A stretch of 63,842 nt of DNA, filler included, from Coriobacteriales bacterium (GTDB lineage Bacteria > Actinomycetota > Coriobacteriia > Coriobacteriales > UBA8131): the NCBI GenBank assembly GCA_031263105.1. It is 8 parts of 8 records of this genome, joined end to end, with 100 filler letters (N's around TTAATTAATTAA, not from the genome) between each part and the next. Parts side by side here need not be neighbours in the genome. Positions count along the whole stretch, not along the records: positions 60,341 to 63,842 come from JAISGJ010000249.1; 7 more parts are not named here. One strand, given 5' to 3'. A program made the position numbers and the translations under genes. This document shows positions 62,520 to 63,842 of this stretch, piece after piece (the stretch's first letter is position 1; the number at the start of each line of letters is the position of its first letter). The notes below the pieces were generated by a model, which made no database searches, was not told the DNA's origin, and saw only the letters and a list, made by a program, of their open reading frames with translations.

Positions 62520-63578
62520 TCACCAGCCCCCGTACAGCGGCGTCAGACCTGCGACGGCAAGAACGAGCACGAAGGCCATCAACAGGTTGCGCGACAGGTA
62601 CCACCGGGACATGAACCAGTCGATGCCGCGCGCCACGATGGCGTCCCAATGCTCCATCGGGCCCATCCAGCGCCGGTACACGAACGGCGGGTCCTGCCCT
62701 GCGGCGTAGGCGAACACGCGCCGCAGCAGCACGACCGCCATCGGCACGGTGAGCAGCACCGCGAGCGAGAGGAGGGGGAGATACCCGAGCGCGACCCCCG
62801 TGACGGTCACCCCGTATGCCCCCGCGACGATGGCCGCGCTGATGCCTGCCGCGACCTTCCGTGAGCCGAGGGCGACGGCGAGCGTCGTGCGGCGGGCCGC
62901 CTTGTCCGGCTCGAAGTCCATGATGGCATGGGTGTGGACGATGTTCAGGGCCAGCAGGCCCGTGGGGACGGAGGTCCACAGGGCGATGGGGTCGATGCGC
63001 CCGCAGGCCACGAAATAGGCAGCGACGACGACCAGCGGCCCGAAGATGACGCCGATGACCAGCTCGCCGAGCCCATGGTAGCTCAGGCGCAGCGGCGGCC
63101 CTGCATAGGCGAGTCCCAACACGAGGGCGCAGCCGGCGAAGACGAGCACCTCCCAGCCACGCACGAGCAGGACGACCAGGCCGAGCACGAGCGCGACCGC
63201 CACGAACAGGAGGGCCACGCGGCGGGTCTCGTCGAGTGTGACGCCCGCTTCGAGGTAGGCGCACTTCCCCATGCGCGCACGCATGCCGCCCTCCTGAAGC
63301 TCCTTGCGCCGTGCGACCGCCCCTCCCCGGTAGTCGAAGTAGTCGTCGAACAGGTTGAGGCCGAGATGGGCGAAGGCCACCCCGGCAAGCCCTGCGACCG
63401 CGAGCAGCAGCCCGAGCAACAGGCCCTGCTCGGATACCAGGCCCTGCGCCCTCTGGGAGAGGAAGGCCCCCAACGCAAGCACCGTGCCCAGCACATAGGG
63501 GCTGAGCGACTGGCCGAGCGAGGCCGGCCGCGCCGCCGCGTACCAGAACGTGAGCTTCTTTCCTGCCAGCAGTTCCAT
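62520..63578 (-). CDS. UbiA/MenA-family prenyltransferase
   Basis: AARP, NLFDDYFDY, LSYHGLGE, D...DK..R.TL; multi-TM. Confidence 0.88.
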   Translation of the reverse strand: MELLAGKKLTFWYAAARPASLGQSLSPYVLGTVLALGAFLSQRAQGLVSEQGLLLGLLLAVAGLAGVAFAHLGLNLFDDYFDYRGGAVARRKELQEGGMRARMGKCAYLEAGVTLDETRRVALLFVAVALVLGLVVLLVRGWEVLVFAGCALVLGLAYAGPPLRLSYHGLGELVIGVIFGPLVVVAAYFVACGRIDPIALWTSVPTGLLALNIVHTHAIMDFEPDKAARRTTLAVALGSRKVAAGISAAIVAGAYGVTVTGVALGYLPLLSLAVLLTVPMAVVLLRRVFAYAAGQDPPFVYRRWMGPMEHWDAIVARGIDWFMSRWYLSRNLLMAFVLVLAVAGLTPLYGGW

Positions 63579-63700
63579 GCCTGTCCTCTGCTCTCTGTCC
63601 TCTGTCCTTGCGAATCACGCCGTGCCCTTGGGCACCGCCTCGGACAGAACCCTGTCGGTATCAGGAGTCATTATAACGCAGGCCCCCGGCCCTTGGCAGG

Positions 63701-63842
63701 GTTACCGTTCGCACCCTACTGCGCGTTCGCACCCTACTGTCATTCCGAGCGAAGCCGAGGAATCTTTGGGCGCATCGGCGCCCAACCGGGCCAGTTGGCT
63801 GCTTCGCGTTCCGTGGGCCTGTCGGTTCCATGGGCTCACCCG
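63701..63842. mobile_element. MITE copy (left part; window edge)
   Basis: GTTAC..CACCCTACTGTCATTCCGAGC..GAGGAATC; tail matches reverse complement of ~4829-4872. Confidence 0.75.

Overview
This window is a concatenation of 8 assembly contigs joined by artificial N..TTAATTAATTAA..N linkers, so adjacency across the gaps carries no meaning. The host is a high-GC bacterium. Its gene content (multi-TM LuxR regulator, catechol-dehydroxylase-like molybdoenzyme and its typical 4Fe-4S subunit) points to Coriobacteriia/Eggerthellales; this is an inference. Housekeeping content: leuS, guaB, cutA-nifU-dcd-lgt-ilvE-cimA, glmU (partial), ligA, cysK and a fused str-S10-spc ribosomal cluster lacking tuf. Most notable: (1) a structured palindromic MITE family (GTTAC...GTAAC ends) with exact 8-bp target-site duplications in three copies, one of which rewrote a gene C-terminus, plus a further copy sitting at the point where a TOTE primase-helicase is truncated; (2) an AT-richer island encoding a Tat-exported xanthine-oxidase-family enzyme with strongly altered active-site motifs, a C2H2-like zinc finger in its Fe-S subunit, an unknown protein, a diheme cytochrome c lipoprotein and XdhC; (3) a stand-alone homolog of the cyanophycin synthetase N-terminal metallopeptidase domain; (4) REP-like palindromes inserted in-frame in enzymes; (5) a Moco-riboswitch-like leader; (6) a prenyltransferase/radical SAM pair. 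All calls come from motif reading only; no searches were run.
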